A stretch of 64,000 nt of DNA, from assembly GCA_973895155.1 (NCBI GenBank), contig OZ316893.1:23644015-23708014 (forward strand), written 5' to 3'. Numbering within the stretch: the stretch's first letter is position 1; each line of letters starts with the position of its first letter. Source of the stretch: Marsupella aquatica (taxonomy: Eukaryota; Plantae; Marchantiophyta). The position numbers and the translations under genes were made by a program. A model generated the notes under the pieces. The model was not told where the DNA came from. It did no database searches and was given only the letters and a program-made list of their open reading frames with translations. This document shows, piece by piece, positions 11,898 through 25,100 of this stretch.

Positions 11898-14218
11898 GAC
11901 TTCTACCCCGATAGAAAACAACACAATATATGGCCAGAGTCAGTGACGTAGTGAAGCATGCAAAGAATGAGAAACTAAAACTATGAATTAATACCAAAGA
12001 TTTGAGAAACTGTAATTTCAAGTTCTAAATTCAAGACGGGTTATGTGCATGGAGGAAATTTTAAGTTTAGGACTCTGAGATTGTACACAGGCAATTACTG
12101 AACAATTTCTGCCATTAAAGGTGGGCAATTGTTGGGCTAGCATTTTCACACATTAATTTTTATAAATTTTGGGGGCCACAAAAATAATGGGAACCAGTAG
12201 AAGAATTCAAAAGTCCATAGCAGGACATTGCTCAGCACAGCAAGAAGGCCAGTAGAATACAATCGACACCCCATACATAAAATCCAATCAAATAACCCAA
12301 ATCCAGTCTACACTTCCATAGTGAAATCCTGGCTTGACCCTGGCCCCGACCTGAGATTGCTATAGTGATGGGCATGCATAAGAGAGGGAGAGATTTCTGT
12401 ACATACTTGAGGATAAGCAGCACAAACGCTCGACCCTGAGACCACCAGTGAAGACAAAGCAATGACAATGTAGAGGGCTCTGAGTGATTACAGACCTCAG
12501 GAGTTGACAAAACCCTGGAATGATTTCTTTGTGCCTAGCTTGGCAAAAGAGAAAGCTCTCGAACGGGTGGAAAAATGATCTGCAAGTGCCACAGACAGAG
12601 TGTGGCTCATCAGTTCTGTGGCTCATTAGTTGTTCGTGGAGGAGTACATTATAGAGTATCACATTTGACTAATGTCCTGTACATTGAATACATACAGTGG
12701 CAAAGTAGTCAATGGAAGAGTGACCTGCTCCCTTTGCGTTCTTCCTGTTGCCGAAACATGAATGTAGAGGTAGAATTGCATGCAGGAAAATTTGAAGTTT
12801 AGGGCTATGACATCCATGCTTTGTGCAACCTCTAATCCGAAAGCCTCCAAAGACACAAGTGAAGCATGTAGGCGCGCGTAATAACTTCTAATTTAGTCAT
12901 TGACAGTACAAGAGTATACTCTAAAGTCTGCGATTCTGAAAGTACAAGCATTGCAGGCGCGCAGGTCTGAAAAGTTGTTGCAAGACACAAATAAGCACTA
13001 AGCGACTAAGGACAGGACCGTTGAGTTGAAATCACAGCTCAGCAAAGGCAAAGAAAAACCCCCCGCACCCCACCTTAGTTCTGCACAACACTTCTGCACA
13101 CTAGAATACTAGTGTATAAGATTAGAGCAATTCAAGCCGAAGCAGAATGAAAGTGCCAACAATATACTGTGATCCCATCTACATTTCCATAGTGAAATCC
13201 AAGTTCGACGCCGACCCCGACATGAGATTGCTATAGTGATGGGCATGCATAAGAGAGGGAGAGATGATGACACGTACTTGAGGATCGCGAGAGAGAGAAA
13301 TTTGCAACAGAGAGTGGACACAATGGAAGAGCGAGACCGAGAGAGAGGGCGAGAGAGAGTGAGGTGAGAATTCAGCAAGAGAGGTCTCGAATAGGGACAA
13401 CCTTCTATATATGAACCATAGTTTTTGCTGTCATTAATTTTCCAGAGTTAAGATGAACAAACAGAGTACAAACAGAGCACAATGAAGCACCACAGTGCGT
13501 CGCACGGGACCTCTCACCTCTGCCTGAACACCAGCCGCACCCAACACCACACCAGAGATCAGCGGTCTTGAAAACAAGTTGACACCCTAAACCCGGCACT
13601 TCCAATGTCGCCCGCTCCAATGTCGCAGCGCGTTTTTGTTCTAGCTCGTTCTCCTCTTGACCGAAGAACAACCCAACAAGCAAATGGCGGAAGATGGACG
13701 CACTTAGCACCTGGGTGAATGTGGTCACGTTGCGCTTCAAGTGTGGCCCTAAACCCTTCCTCCTCCCTTCAATCACAGAGAGTCTTCGACCGCAAGAGCA
13801 AGAAGCACTTCCTCTCCTCTCATCTCCCAATGCTATGCAAGGCAAAGAGGTAAAGACTTACAAAGCTAATGGAGGAAGACGGACCCCCGCACCACGAACT
13901 TGGCGTCCGACCCTAAAATTTCCCGCAATGCCCCCGCAATGCCTTCAGGGAGCACTCGCAAACGCACCCAGCACCCGATTGAATGTGGTCAGGTCGCTTC
14001 AAGTGTGGTGTCAAACCCTTCCTCCTCCCTGAAATCACAGAGAGCCCGACTCACTACACACTAAGAATCCCATTGTTTCTCCATAAACCTTCGTTCCCTC
14101 CTTGATTGATCGACTATCGATCGCCCCTCTCAATGAGTCGCCTCATTCGCTCCACCTCCCCTCCCCTTTGTAAACCCTCTTTGCGGACGAAGACCCTACA
14201 TTTGCTCCCGCGCACAAG

Positions 14219-14344
14219 GGTGGAGAGTACTAAGGTTCTCAGCCAGTGACATGTAAGGGGCTCATGTAAGGGGGTACTGCACAACGGTGGAGAGTACTAA
14301 GGTACTCAGCCAGTGACATGTAAGGGGCTCATGTAAGGGGGTAC
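14219..14344. repeat. Subterminal tandem duplication (period 67 bp) in the CACTA element
   Basis: GGTGGAGAGTACTAAGG...CTCATGTAAGGGGGTAC at 14219 and 14286. Confidence 0.9.
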
Positions 14345-14742
14345 CTCTACTATTTGAAGCTTTCTCACATAAAAAGCTTGAATGTTTGGCAATTGGTGAG
14401 TAGCACTCACTCACATAAGAACCCTAAACTAAGACAATCATCTTAGATAGTGGACCTGCCATTTTCCTTATGATGGGATGTTGTAATTAAGTGGTATCCC
14501 CCATCCAACTTCAAAGGTGCATGGACAACCTTGAACCATGAACAATGTCCCTTGCACCTTGAAGAATGAGTGATTGAAAAGAGTAGGTAAAGTCAACATC
14601 GCAAAGGAGTCGCAACAAATGAGTGGAAACTTTGTGGAAGTGATACTTAAGACATATGTAGTGATAACACCCTAAACTTCCATAACCTTGTCACAGTAGT
14701 CAATAGTGGTTTGGTAAAAAATAGGGGGTATTTCTACTAGTG

Positions 14743-16062
14743 GTAGAGAGAAAGTCCTCAAACTCTGGACTCAACAAAGGAGTGATTTTCGAGGTCTTAA
14801 CTGCCCATTCCTTGGTTGCTTCCTTCATCATAACGGCATGCCTTCTGGAAACCTCCTCGACCGACCAAGGGGTACCGAGGGTCGCAGCGGACTCCATGTC
14901 AATCTTGAACTGATTCGAATACGACTTAATCTTATCCTGACATAGAATGTACAAAAGAGCCTCCTGAGGCATCTTCTTTGTGTACCAGGATCCTTTTCGC
15001 GTCTTCACCCTGATCTGCTCAAACTTCTTGTAATTTGCAGGGTCGATGAGCTTACTATAGTACTCCAGGTCGTGCATCAAGACCCGCTTAATTTGATCGG
15101 CATCTAGGATACAGGAGGGTTCCACAACTGCTTGTCCTAGCCTGAAATAAAAGAACAAAATGAGAACATATAAGCAGCGTCGGGCGCTAGCAAAAAATTG
15201 CCTCAAAAAGTTATGCTAGAAAGAATGAACAATTCATAATGACTCACGAAGTTCTACACAAAAGGGTATCTTACTGGTTAACGGTGTGCATAGCCGCTTT
15301 GATTTCTATCAGAGAACCCTTGTCACCATTAAAAACAGTATAAAGCACACGCAGGTGGTACTTTGGGTTTTCGGGACTCTCTTGAGTGACAAGAGTCCAC
15401 GAGTAAAGCCTATGGTTCCCGTCAAAAACTGAGAACATTCTGTCTTTCAAAACTAGAAAATCTGGGTCGGTAGCACATTCTTCCTCAAATTTCTTGTTCT
15501 CAGATGTCCATATTGGATCCCAACTCTCACGAATTTCTTGAGTACAGGTGAGAAGCGCTCCCTCAGCATCGGTAGGCTGAACGTAAAACCTCATTCCAAT
15601 CAAAGAATTGTATCCCATGCTACGGAAAGAGTCTTTTAGCTTGTCGATGGAAGAACTGTCTTTCTGTAGAGTTCGGACAACCTCCATATGCACCAATCGA
15701 CATAGTGGAATTCGTGGAGGCTCTTTGTCAAACCCTCTGAAATCCTTCCCAAACGACATGACATGTTTTGAAATAAGATCCATCTCGGAAAACGAAACAT
15801 CTTGAATCACAAATGTGTCAAGATTCTCCATCTTCTTTCTCGCTGGTTTGGCAAACGAAATACTTGAGATTGGAACAAGCGATGCGGTGGACCTCGTTAC
15901 TCGACGCGTATACACTGAACCAGAGAATGAAGACTCAGAAGACTCGCAATACCCACGATCCTGATCCCCAACCACACTATACCCCCTCGACGAGGAGGGG
16001 ATTGCATCCATCGTCTTTACGATGAAAGGTGTACGAACGGAATCCTCACGACTAATTACCAA
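14743..16062 (-). pseudogene. 5' portion of the ParB/Srx-like domain gene of the Mutator-like element
   Basis: RIPLCRLVHMEVVRTL...LKDSFRSMGY...FSVFDGNHRLYSW (ParB GxxR motif). In-frame TAA at 15271-15273, intron ~15247-15142 (GTGAGT...TTTCAG), then ORF 14700..15206 up to the CACTA TIR. Confidence 0.72.
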
Positions 16063-16327
16063 TTCTTCGTACCATATTAACAGTTGCGTCCGTATTATAT
16101 CCGATCAATGAGCGCTATTCCCCTCTTTGTAATCGGTTGGAGAGACGTTACTCATTGCGAACGACAAGATTCAATTTAATTTATCAGTGACGGAAAGCGA
16201 CAACTTAGAAATTGCGATAAGTATTAATGTGAACTACGCTAAAATGTTTGCGTGATAATCACGTTGAACATTAGTTACCGTTAAAAGTTACCGTTGTCTC
16301 AGCACCTTGCGGACAAACATGCAATGC

Positions 16328-16659
16328 CAACGCCGGGCGCTAACGAATAAGAGACTACCAAATTGAAGAACTTATTGGTGAACAAATGCTAGCGCCTGGC
16401 GCTAGCCATTTGAATAATTTCATTAACGTTCTTTCTAAGCAACATATATTGTCAACAAACTCCTAAATGTACCTGTTTCACCTGTAGAAACCAAATTTTA
16501 CTTAATATTATGAGATTAAATTTATTGTATCAATAGTAGCGCCTGGCGCTAGTAAAATTTTACTATATTTGCAAAAATATTTCGTGTGTAATTATGCTAG
16601 CGCCAGGCGCTAGTCAGAATACTTTTCAAATTATGGCTTTTAGGTAGCGCCCGACGCTA
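16328..16659. repeat. Cluster of 15-bp palindromes TAGCGCCNGGCGCTA in the divergent promoter region
   Basis: Copies at 16328, 16390, 16537, 16598 and 16645. Further copies at 15175 (intron), 23651, 23716 and 23821 (intron), 25508 and 25627. Confidence 0.92.
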
Positions 16660-16960
16660 ATGAAATGGACGCACTTGTATAGACTACTATCTAGTCGTAT
16701 TCATGTAATAAATATTCCTGACACCCGCACTTGACGGGCAAAAACGACAAATGTATCATTTATGATTTCAATGGACGCAAAGTTGTGCGTGTTCTATGTC
16801 GTATTGAAACGTCTCTTTCAACGGCCGGTGGTCCTCGAAGGGGTGTTATAAGCACAAGAAATACGGTTGGGATTGGGCTATTGCATGAATTACTTCTGCC
16901 CTAAACTTCTTTTGTCTACAATGTCGCGCTCAATTGTTATTACACGTGCTTGTACCCGGG

Positions 16961-19900
16961 TGTGACGCCGCCGGTATGGCGGTTAATGAGTGATTCAGTC
17001 TAACTGCGCTCGGCATGCGCGTTAGGTGGGTCTTAGGCCGCTATTATTAGCATAACGATAGTATTTAGGTAATCATTAGGGGTAGGACATCATTAGGCAA
17101 TAAGGGGGACTTCAGGTTCGGGCTGGCGACGGGTCGCTATTCGCACACCCGGGTTACGAGCGTGGAAGGGCCCCTCCCTCGGGTCCGTATCACAAACTTA
17201 AGGAAGCGGCCACTGACGCACGCTGACTCAGACCGGCGGAGTGGCCGGTACACCACAAGCGTGAGCGGTTCAGCCTATGGGCGTCGAGGAGACGTCGGGG
17301 ATCGACAAGCCCTCAAAGTATAAAAGGGGAGCCAACCCTTTGTAGTGCACCAGTCCATCAGTCCGCGCGCCAGCTTCGACCCTAGCTCTCTCGTTCTCTC
17401 TAGGTCGCCACTACTATCTCCTCTGAATATCGCACACGATCCTCTCCAGCTCGGCCATTCGATTCTGGATGCAGTTCCTATCTACCGGAAGGCACTTGGC
17501 CGATTCATTGAAACACGCCAACCCGCGCCGATACAAAATCGAACGCGAATACGAGAGAGCCATCCGCCTAGCAGGATGACACCACTACGTCCTTAACTTT
17601 GACTACCCGTCTCAGAGCGAGCTTTACCGACCAGCAGAGGTATCTGGGTACTTCTTCAACGGAGACAAATATATTGGGTTCTGGGAAGCATTGCTTCGGC
17701 TTCCGGACGAGGTCTTCAATATCCCGGGTACAATCGACCTGCAACGACATCACTTCGACCACATCCCTGCCCAGGTTTGGGCTGTCATTAACGGTGAGTC
17801 CAGTACCAACCGTTCGACAAGGGCGTCCGCACTCGCTTCGGAGAACTTCTACCAGCACCTGCAGAGCTTCATGGGAACTCGGCCATCAACCAACATGACC
17901 AACTCAGCCGTGCCCGTACCCGTACCCATGCCCATGCAACCCCAGCCTCAACCTCAGGCTCAGCTTCAGCTTCAGCCTCAGCCGTAGCCTAGCCAAACCC
18001 CACCACCTATCACCCAGCTAGCACAGGTACGCTCCGTCATCAACGCTGTGGATCTTAGCGATGACGACGAGGCTACCCCACCCTTGACCAGGCGGCCCAG
18101 AGGAACAAGCGCTCGGGGGGCCGACACTATATCGTCCCCACCCCCTGCTCTGACCCCAGGAGCGGCCCCAGCAGACAACATGGTGACCGTGGCCGCCCCG
18201 GGCCTGTTACCAACGGCAGTGGCACTCCCCAGGCCCGATCGGGATGATGGGGAAGTATCACCTTCCCCGAGTCAGTCACGGGGAAAGAAGAGGAAGGAAT
18301 CCGCCACTGTATCCGGGTTACCGTTGGCCACGGTAGCCGTAGCCAAGGTGACGATGCACCGCATGGGGGAAAACGTTCACAGCAACATCCTCCATCCCAA
18401 GCATGCGGTGTACCTGAAGACTCAGGGATTTGAGCACCTCACCTCTCTCCCCTGGAACACTTGCAGGTACTACGGGGAGGACATGATAGAATTTGTCAAG
18501 AATTATGACGACGTACGTCAACAGACTCGGCTGCGGGGAAGGAATATGTCCCTCACAGAAGAACGGCTCAAGATGATCTTTGGGTTACCCGAAGGTGACC
18601 ATCGAGTCGAATCACGGGCTCCCGGGGGCAAGGGGGCCAAGTACCAATCTTCAAGTTTTCCCTCAGAGGGAGCAGTAGACAACGGGTTCGTGATGAGGAC
18701 CTGCCTCATGCCCAAGATAGCTGAGCGGCTGGAGTTCCAAAGGTACGCTCTCCACATGATGGAACCCCGGGGGGAGATCTCCGCCGCCCAGGTTATCCAG
18801 GTCGAGAACTATCGACCTAGGAAATGGGCGTCGTACTTCGCTAAGAAATTCCATGAAGAGATGGAGCGGCGAAGGAAGATGTTGTACATTGGCGGGAAGG
18901 CGTATTTCGCTAGCCACATCGAAATCATTCTTGAGTGGTATGCCCGGTTTGATCGACGAACCCTTCCCCGCATCAACATTACAAAGCTGGTCCCAGCTAG
19001 GTGGGTTTTTCCGGCATTGGAGAGACGGCCCCAACCCGAGGCCCGAAGTCCAGCGGACACGCCAGCTTCACCCACCCCACCTCCACAAATAGCTATAATT
19101 GTAACCGAGGAGGCGCCGGAGGGGTCGGTTGTCGCAACCGTTGATGCGACCCAACTAGCCGGGCTAAGTACAGAAGTTGGTACGGCAGAGGTCTTACCCG
19201 AACCCGGGTCTCCCAAGGACCCACTGGTGGCAATTCCAGAGAACCGGACATTGCTGCAGGAGGACACTCCAGCCCCTTCCAACGTTATGTCCCTAGGGCT
19301 GGACGTCACTGCCCCGGCCCCCGCGCGTGTTGACGTCTGCCCGTGCCCAAATCCGGACAGGCACAACTTGGACCACCCGGAACTCTTCGTACAGGGTACG
19401 TTTCTGAACGGGCTTCTGGGAGATTTCTCTCATCAAATTGCCCGGGATACCGGGGAGTTCATGGCCCGGAAGGTAGCCTATTTCTTCAATCAGGAGTTGG
19501 TTGCCGCCGTAAAGGCAGGTCGGGCCCAGTCGGAGGCCCTTCAGAGGATAGAGCGGTACTGGGTGGAGTCCGTGTACCTAAAGAACGAAGTGGCGGCTCA
19601 AGAGGCTGAGCTTCTGCAACTACGACCCAAGGTTGCAGCCGCCGATGAGTTGTTAGCAAAGGCGCACGCTCTTACCGCCCTAGCCGAACAGGCCAAAGCT
19701 GGGAACGAGGCCGAGATTACACGACTCCGGAACCAGATTGACAGTTTGAAGAAACAAGCTGTCACCTGGCAGAAAGACCTGGAGGAGGCCGAGGAGCGAG
19801 CCCAGCGGGACACGGCGGAGATAGCCACTCTGCAGGCCGAGATGGCGCGGCTCCAAACCGAGGCCGAGAAGCAGGACCAGCTGGCAGCTAAACTGACGAG

Positions 19901-20977
19901 CGACGCCCAGCAGCTGGAGGAGGCATGTCAGGAGGCAGCAGAGGAGACGGACGCAGCGAGGCGAGAGAACGAATCTCTGCTGGACCAGGTCCAGCTCCTC
20001 AAAGCGGACAATGACAGGCTTCGAAGGCAACGGGATGGCCGTTCCCATTCGGGCGGCTCTGGCAAGCGTGCCAGGCATTAGCGGCGGAGTAGGAATAGAT
20101 TAGGATTAGGATTGGCTTAGTCAGGCTCTTGGGACAGGCACCTGCCTTAGGTATAGCAGCGCTGCCCTGCTGCCCAGCCTGCGTAGATTAGGATCTTCTA
20201 ATAAGACACAGCCGTTTTCCGGCCTGACTGTCAGCTTAGTTAGGACCTTAGTCAGCGAATCTTCGGCGAGAGGACACCCCGTCCCTCGGCTCTTAGTATT
20301 TAGTGCACCCCTTGGTAGAGGCAGGGGGGTTTTTAGTTTCAGAGTGGGACATCCGCGGGATATGCGGGGAGTCCCGACCTCTGGGAATGACAGAGTACCA
20401 AGGGGAGGGAGTAGGACTAAGCTCGCCGGGCGAGTGCGGAGCCGGGCTCCGTTGTAGTGTGCACCCTCGGCCTTGAACCTGTTTATTCCAGGGCTGTCGG
20501 GTCAACTAAGTGTACGCATATGTTCCCTTTGTAGTAAAATCCTTTCCCATCATTTTCCTTCGTGTAAATCGAGATTGTATGCATGTGTGCGCATATGTGT
20601 GTGGGTTTCTCGTATATGGGTGGCAGCGCCAGGCCGAACGCACTACCCGAGACATGCACAGGGTGCAGCCTGCGGGTAAGTGGTTGCGAGCACGGGTTGA
20701 GGACTTGTATCATCGAATCCGGATCGAAGGCGGACAGCACGAAGGCTTAGAAGCCCTTAAGCCGGGGTCGATCCTGCTATCGACTAAGGTACGTTCCGGC
20801 GGCGGAACACAAACCATACCTAGGAGGTGTCCGTATTTAGCAGTATGCGCACTTAGCGCTAGTTTACGAGAATAAGGTGCATTACGTGCTTCCCTTCCTG
20901 CCCGAACCCTCAGATTTACGAGGGATGTGCCCGTCTAAGCTGAAGTCTGAGTTAAGGCCGAAGCCTACGACATGACA
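16961..20977 (+). mobile_element. Solo-LTR-like element family A (4,017 bp) containing a long ORF
   Basis: TGTGAC...CATGACA termini, 5-bp TSD CCGGG (16956-16960 and 20978-20982), no terminal direct repeats, TATAAAA at ~17320. Homologous to 57320-61154. Confidence 0.88.
17871..20081 (+). CDS. Retrotransposon accessory protein (plant-transposon/PTTA-like domain + coiled coil); one TAG at 17985 upstream of the 677-aa ORF
   Basis: YLKTQGFEHLTSLPW...MIEFVKNYD...RGRNMSLTEERLKMIFGLPEG, then a Pro-rich linker and a heptad C-terminus. Aligns by eye with the family-B ORF (36354 onward). Confidence 0.6.
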
Positions 20978-21513
20978 CCGGGAAGTCATCAAAGTTCCCG
21001 TGCAGGTTTCTGATACTTACAAGCAAGTAAGCGAGAACTATCTGTGCGGGAGATTCGATTTGAGAATCAATGACATTCTGTCGATTGTTCCTGAGGAGTC
21101 ATCGAGTGGAGGACATGAACCAGCTGCGGCATTTGATGTGGATGACGGAATACGTTTCTGGCAAATGAATGTAGGACTTCGTTACACGCTTCATGTCAGA
21201 CCTACTCCTCTTCAATCGGTTGTTCAGGACATTCCGCCCCAGATTGTTGAAATATCTGAGAGTGAAGATGAGGAAGTTGCGCCCAATCCTCCTGAGAAGC
21301 ACAAAGCTCCAAGCTCTAGTTGCCTTAAGAGTGAACCGGTGGCCACTTCCACTACAGATGTCCAGAAGGTTTACAGGCGGAGTGCAATGGACGCCTTACT
21401 CAAGGCCACCGGCCATAGTGAATTGTCAAGATTTATGTCGGCAGGGGACTTTAGACATGATCAAGTTCCTCGTTTGCCAAACAAGTACAACGGAAATATT
21501 GTATTTGAATTGC

Positions 21514-22178
21514 CCCTGGGCCCCCAGCCTTTGTAAACTAAAGAGGTATACGTGCGTACACCCCCCTCCCTAGTACCCCTTATTATTTTTGGAAGCCTAT
21601 AAAAATTTCTCTTGTTATTCTTAAAAACTTAATTTTGGAGAATAAATCTGCCCCTTTGAGATATTATAATTTCACATTTTACACCATTTATGAAAGCCTT
21701 GAAAAGTTATAAATGTATCATGTGCAAACGGTTCTAAAACTGATGGGAGTGTTTTAGAAGGGTTTTGGGTACATACATTTTTGTGTTCGTGACCCTTTAA
21801 CCCCAAACTTCAACTTTGGGGCATTTTTGAACCACATGGCAGGGTAGTCAGGGTTCAAAAGCTCCAAAGTCCTAAACTACTCTGAATCATAGATGTTGCA
21901 AGCATAATTATATGTCATATACACATGTTCCAATAAAGGGTGACCACAAGGACCAATCCTATTGTGACGCGTGTCACATCCATATTACATCACCTCTTGA
22001 AGCATATTAACTTGGGTGACATTTATATAAGCCTATATTAGTTAGAAAAGGTTCTTTGAATAAAACCATCCCTTGATATTTCTAAGCCAATTATAAAAAT
22101 TAATCTCAAATCAGATTTTTTGCACCCTTCGTCCGTTCGCACGTCCAGCCCATTATTAATAATGCTGGGGGCCCAGGG
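21514..22178. mobile_element. MITE, 665 bp
   Basis: 15-bp TIR CCCTGGGCCCCCAGC / GCTGGGGGCCCAGGG, 8-bp TSD TGAATTGC (21506-21513 and 22179-22186), AT-rich interior. Removing it restores the MULE frame. Confidence 0.92.
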
Positions 22179-25100
22179 TGAATTGCCTCCCATTGTGGGA
22201 ATGCAGTCCAAAGGATCTAGACTTCGTGACATGGACCGTGCCAAAGATTGTTACATTTGGACCAGGATTTTTTCGACGACCGTAAACGTGCAACCAAAGA
22301 AACACTGGGAGTTTGGTAAAGTCAGTTGTACTGGGTTCGTCGAGTGCAGGAACAAATCTTGTGAATATTTTTTGCGAAAGAAGAGATGCAATTCTAAAGC
22401 GTGGGCTGGTACCCCTAAGCTTAGTGGTCAGCATGTGGTGGGTTCGCTCATTGAAGAGGGTGGTATAGTATGTCACTACTGTGAAAAGATTCCTTTTTGT
22501 GTGGACTCTTGCCCTGCTTGCTTGTTCTATATGTATCCACAGGTCCTACTTGATACAGCAACCTGTAGTCACATGTCTCGGCTCGCGGTACATATAGGTG
22601 AACATAATCATCCAAGTAGAAAAGTTTTCTCGAGGAGTGCTGAAAAGATGGCTGAGGACTTAATAAAAAGAAATCACGAAGCTAATCCTCTTGCGAAACC
22701 GGCTGGGATTTTGAATTCGGCGACTGGTTTGCTTGTGAAAGCTCTTTGCGAGAACGTTGACGACATCGTAGATATTGAAGAAACCGAAATTTGGAAGTCT
22801 CTCATGGTTCTATCTACTCCTCAGAAATTTGCGTCCCTTTGTCGCAGCGTTCGAATGGACCAGGCTGGTCGTGGTGAGTTAGATTTCCTAGCTCAAATGC
22901 AAAGGTCAAATAATATTTCTTTTCTCCAAAGGTATCTTCTTCCGGGTCAGGGTTGTTTAGCAGATCGTCCCCACATATTCAAAATGTCAGTGAATGGTCA
23001 TGGATCTGGTGTAGATCTTTTACGTCAGATGCAACCTGGCGGAAGACTGGAAGGGGCTTGGGTGAGTTTTGATGTCATGAAGCGAGTGACAACCGACTGG
23101 TTTACTTTTAGTGCACACGTTTACGATCACAACTTTCGAGCTCTTTGTACAATATTCACATGCGAACTAAAAGCTGAAGACACAGAGTCCTTTGAGAAGG
23201 CATGGAGAATTATGATAGAGGTTTGTAAGGAAAATGGGTTACATGAGGTTACCATTCAAGGTTTTATGGCCGACAATGCTCAGGCTGGATGGATTGCCGT
23301 TCGCAATGTCTTTTTTGGGGGTCACCTAGACCCTGAACGTGAACGCTCCGATGCATTCCACTTTTACCAGTCTTTCCATCGACATTCCACCGAGGGAGTA
23401 CTCGAGGGTAGGCAACCTGAAATCTAAGACTATGGGAGAAATTGCGAAATGCTCCATCATTTGTTGCTGCGTACCGAGTTTCTAGGGAGATTGTGTTATG
23501 GTGGCAAGCAGGCAACTGTGTTCCAGGGAAACTGATGATGTTGCAGAGTTGGATATCATGGTGGGTCGTTCGATGGCGTCAGTGGGGGAATTTCATTCGC
23601 GTGGTAAGTTTTATCAATGCTTACAATAGTCACTTCGCCAGGTTTTTTACCAGCGCCTGGCGCTGCTTTTAACTGTACAGATGCCAACATTATATTATTA
23701 CATCATACACAATGCTAGCGCCTGGCGCTGCTTTAAACTGTACAGAGAACTTTGCCACATTGATGACTTATGAACACTTGATAATACCAACATTACCGTA
23801 ATATATATTATATACATTGCTAGCGCCTGGCCCTGCTTTAACAAATTGACTAAAGTTGGTCTGGATTCACTTCATTGCAGAGCAAAAGCGCAGAAGAAGG
23901 TGCCCTCATTCCAAACTGTACAGGTTCTGAGTCAAGGCACGCTTCAATGAAAGCATGGGCAACCAAAAAAATGGTGGGCCTCTTCGAAGCATGCGAAGTT
24001 GATCAAAATCAGGCTATATCTCAAGTTGCAGGTTACAGTGCATATCGGAAAGGACTCAATAGAGGGAAGGGGCCAACTATCTGGGATTGGCATTCCGTTC
24101 GGCAGACCAAGCAGGTTCACCCAAGTTATTCGAAGAAGCCACTAACATGATTCTTTCCAACTCTGCCGATTTTGATCTGGGTAGGAATTCTTCTCTGAAT
24201 GGAGATATTGTCACCAAATTGGTTAAGAGGAAGGGACTTGCAACTGGGATTGTCTCGCCACAAGACTCCCATCGGCATGACACCATTCTCATCACTACCC
24301 CAAATACTCAAGGATTCAAACGGAAGAATCTCAACAAGACTGAGTTCACTTCCATTCCCACCAATGTAGTAGATCCTGTAGTAGACCTCTGCGGGAGTGA
24401 CACTTCAACAAGTGAAAGCGATTCCCTTGCGAACACCCCTGAAGCCACGAGGGAAACAACATCATCTCAACAACCACGCAGTGCCCCCGCTGTGGTTCAA
24501 CGTTTGCCGACAGAATCAGCTCCATTGGAAATGGACGTTCCAAGAGGAAGCTGGCATTTGAGACGGACGGCCAAATATGGGGCAAGGCCACAGTGTAATG
24601 GGACCTTGCATGGAAATTCTGACAGAGATGAGTGTCGAAATCGTGTCAAGAAAATAGGGTTGCATTCTGCTGCCGATGTTGTCGGCATTGTTGTCAGCGG
24701 ACATCGGATTTTCAGAGGAACTCCCATTGCCGAAATGATATGGTTCTGCCCAAACAGCACATGCTACAAGAGCCGCCCGCGTCGTGGTGTTGAACGCCTT
24801 CCTCCTGTACCGGACATCCTGCCAGTTGTGAAAGGAATAAACCTCTTGCCTGGCGAGATAGAGTACCTTCAAGCGTAGGGAGTCTCTATGGTCCAAATAG
24901 CTCCGCCCTCTCGAACTCGAACTGCACCATTTGCATTCGACTTGAGAATCAATGTTAACACATTTCCAGAGAAAATCAATTTTTCGGAGCCCAACGTGCG
25001 CCTTCGTAGCAGGAATGGGAGGAACTCCAGACCTCGCTCTAATCTAACTGTGGCTCATAGTAAACGAATGGAGTCGGCTCAAAAAGAAGCTATGACTCTG

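Larger units (their letters stand above)
1402..14742 (-). mobile_element. CACTA (En/Spm) DNA transposon, 13,341 bp
   Basis: Perfect 31-bp TIR CACTAGTAGAAATACCCCCTATTTTTTACCA (1402-1432 and 14712-14742), 3-bp TSD GTA (1399-1401 and 14743-14745), subterminal TGACT/AGTCA-rich motifs at 1440-1740, and Tnp2 and TnpA-like genes inside. Confidence 0.97.

Noticed and set aside
12232-14045. ORFs in the CACTA 5' region and duplicated blocks (12307/13177; 13704/13969)
   Set aside because: No recognisable domains. They look like duplicated promoter/UTR sequence.
15248-15274. 6-nt micro-exon in the ParB-like gene
   Set aside because: It would need a ~21-nt intron. A premature TAA in a longer exon is more parsimonious.
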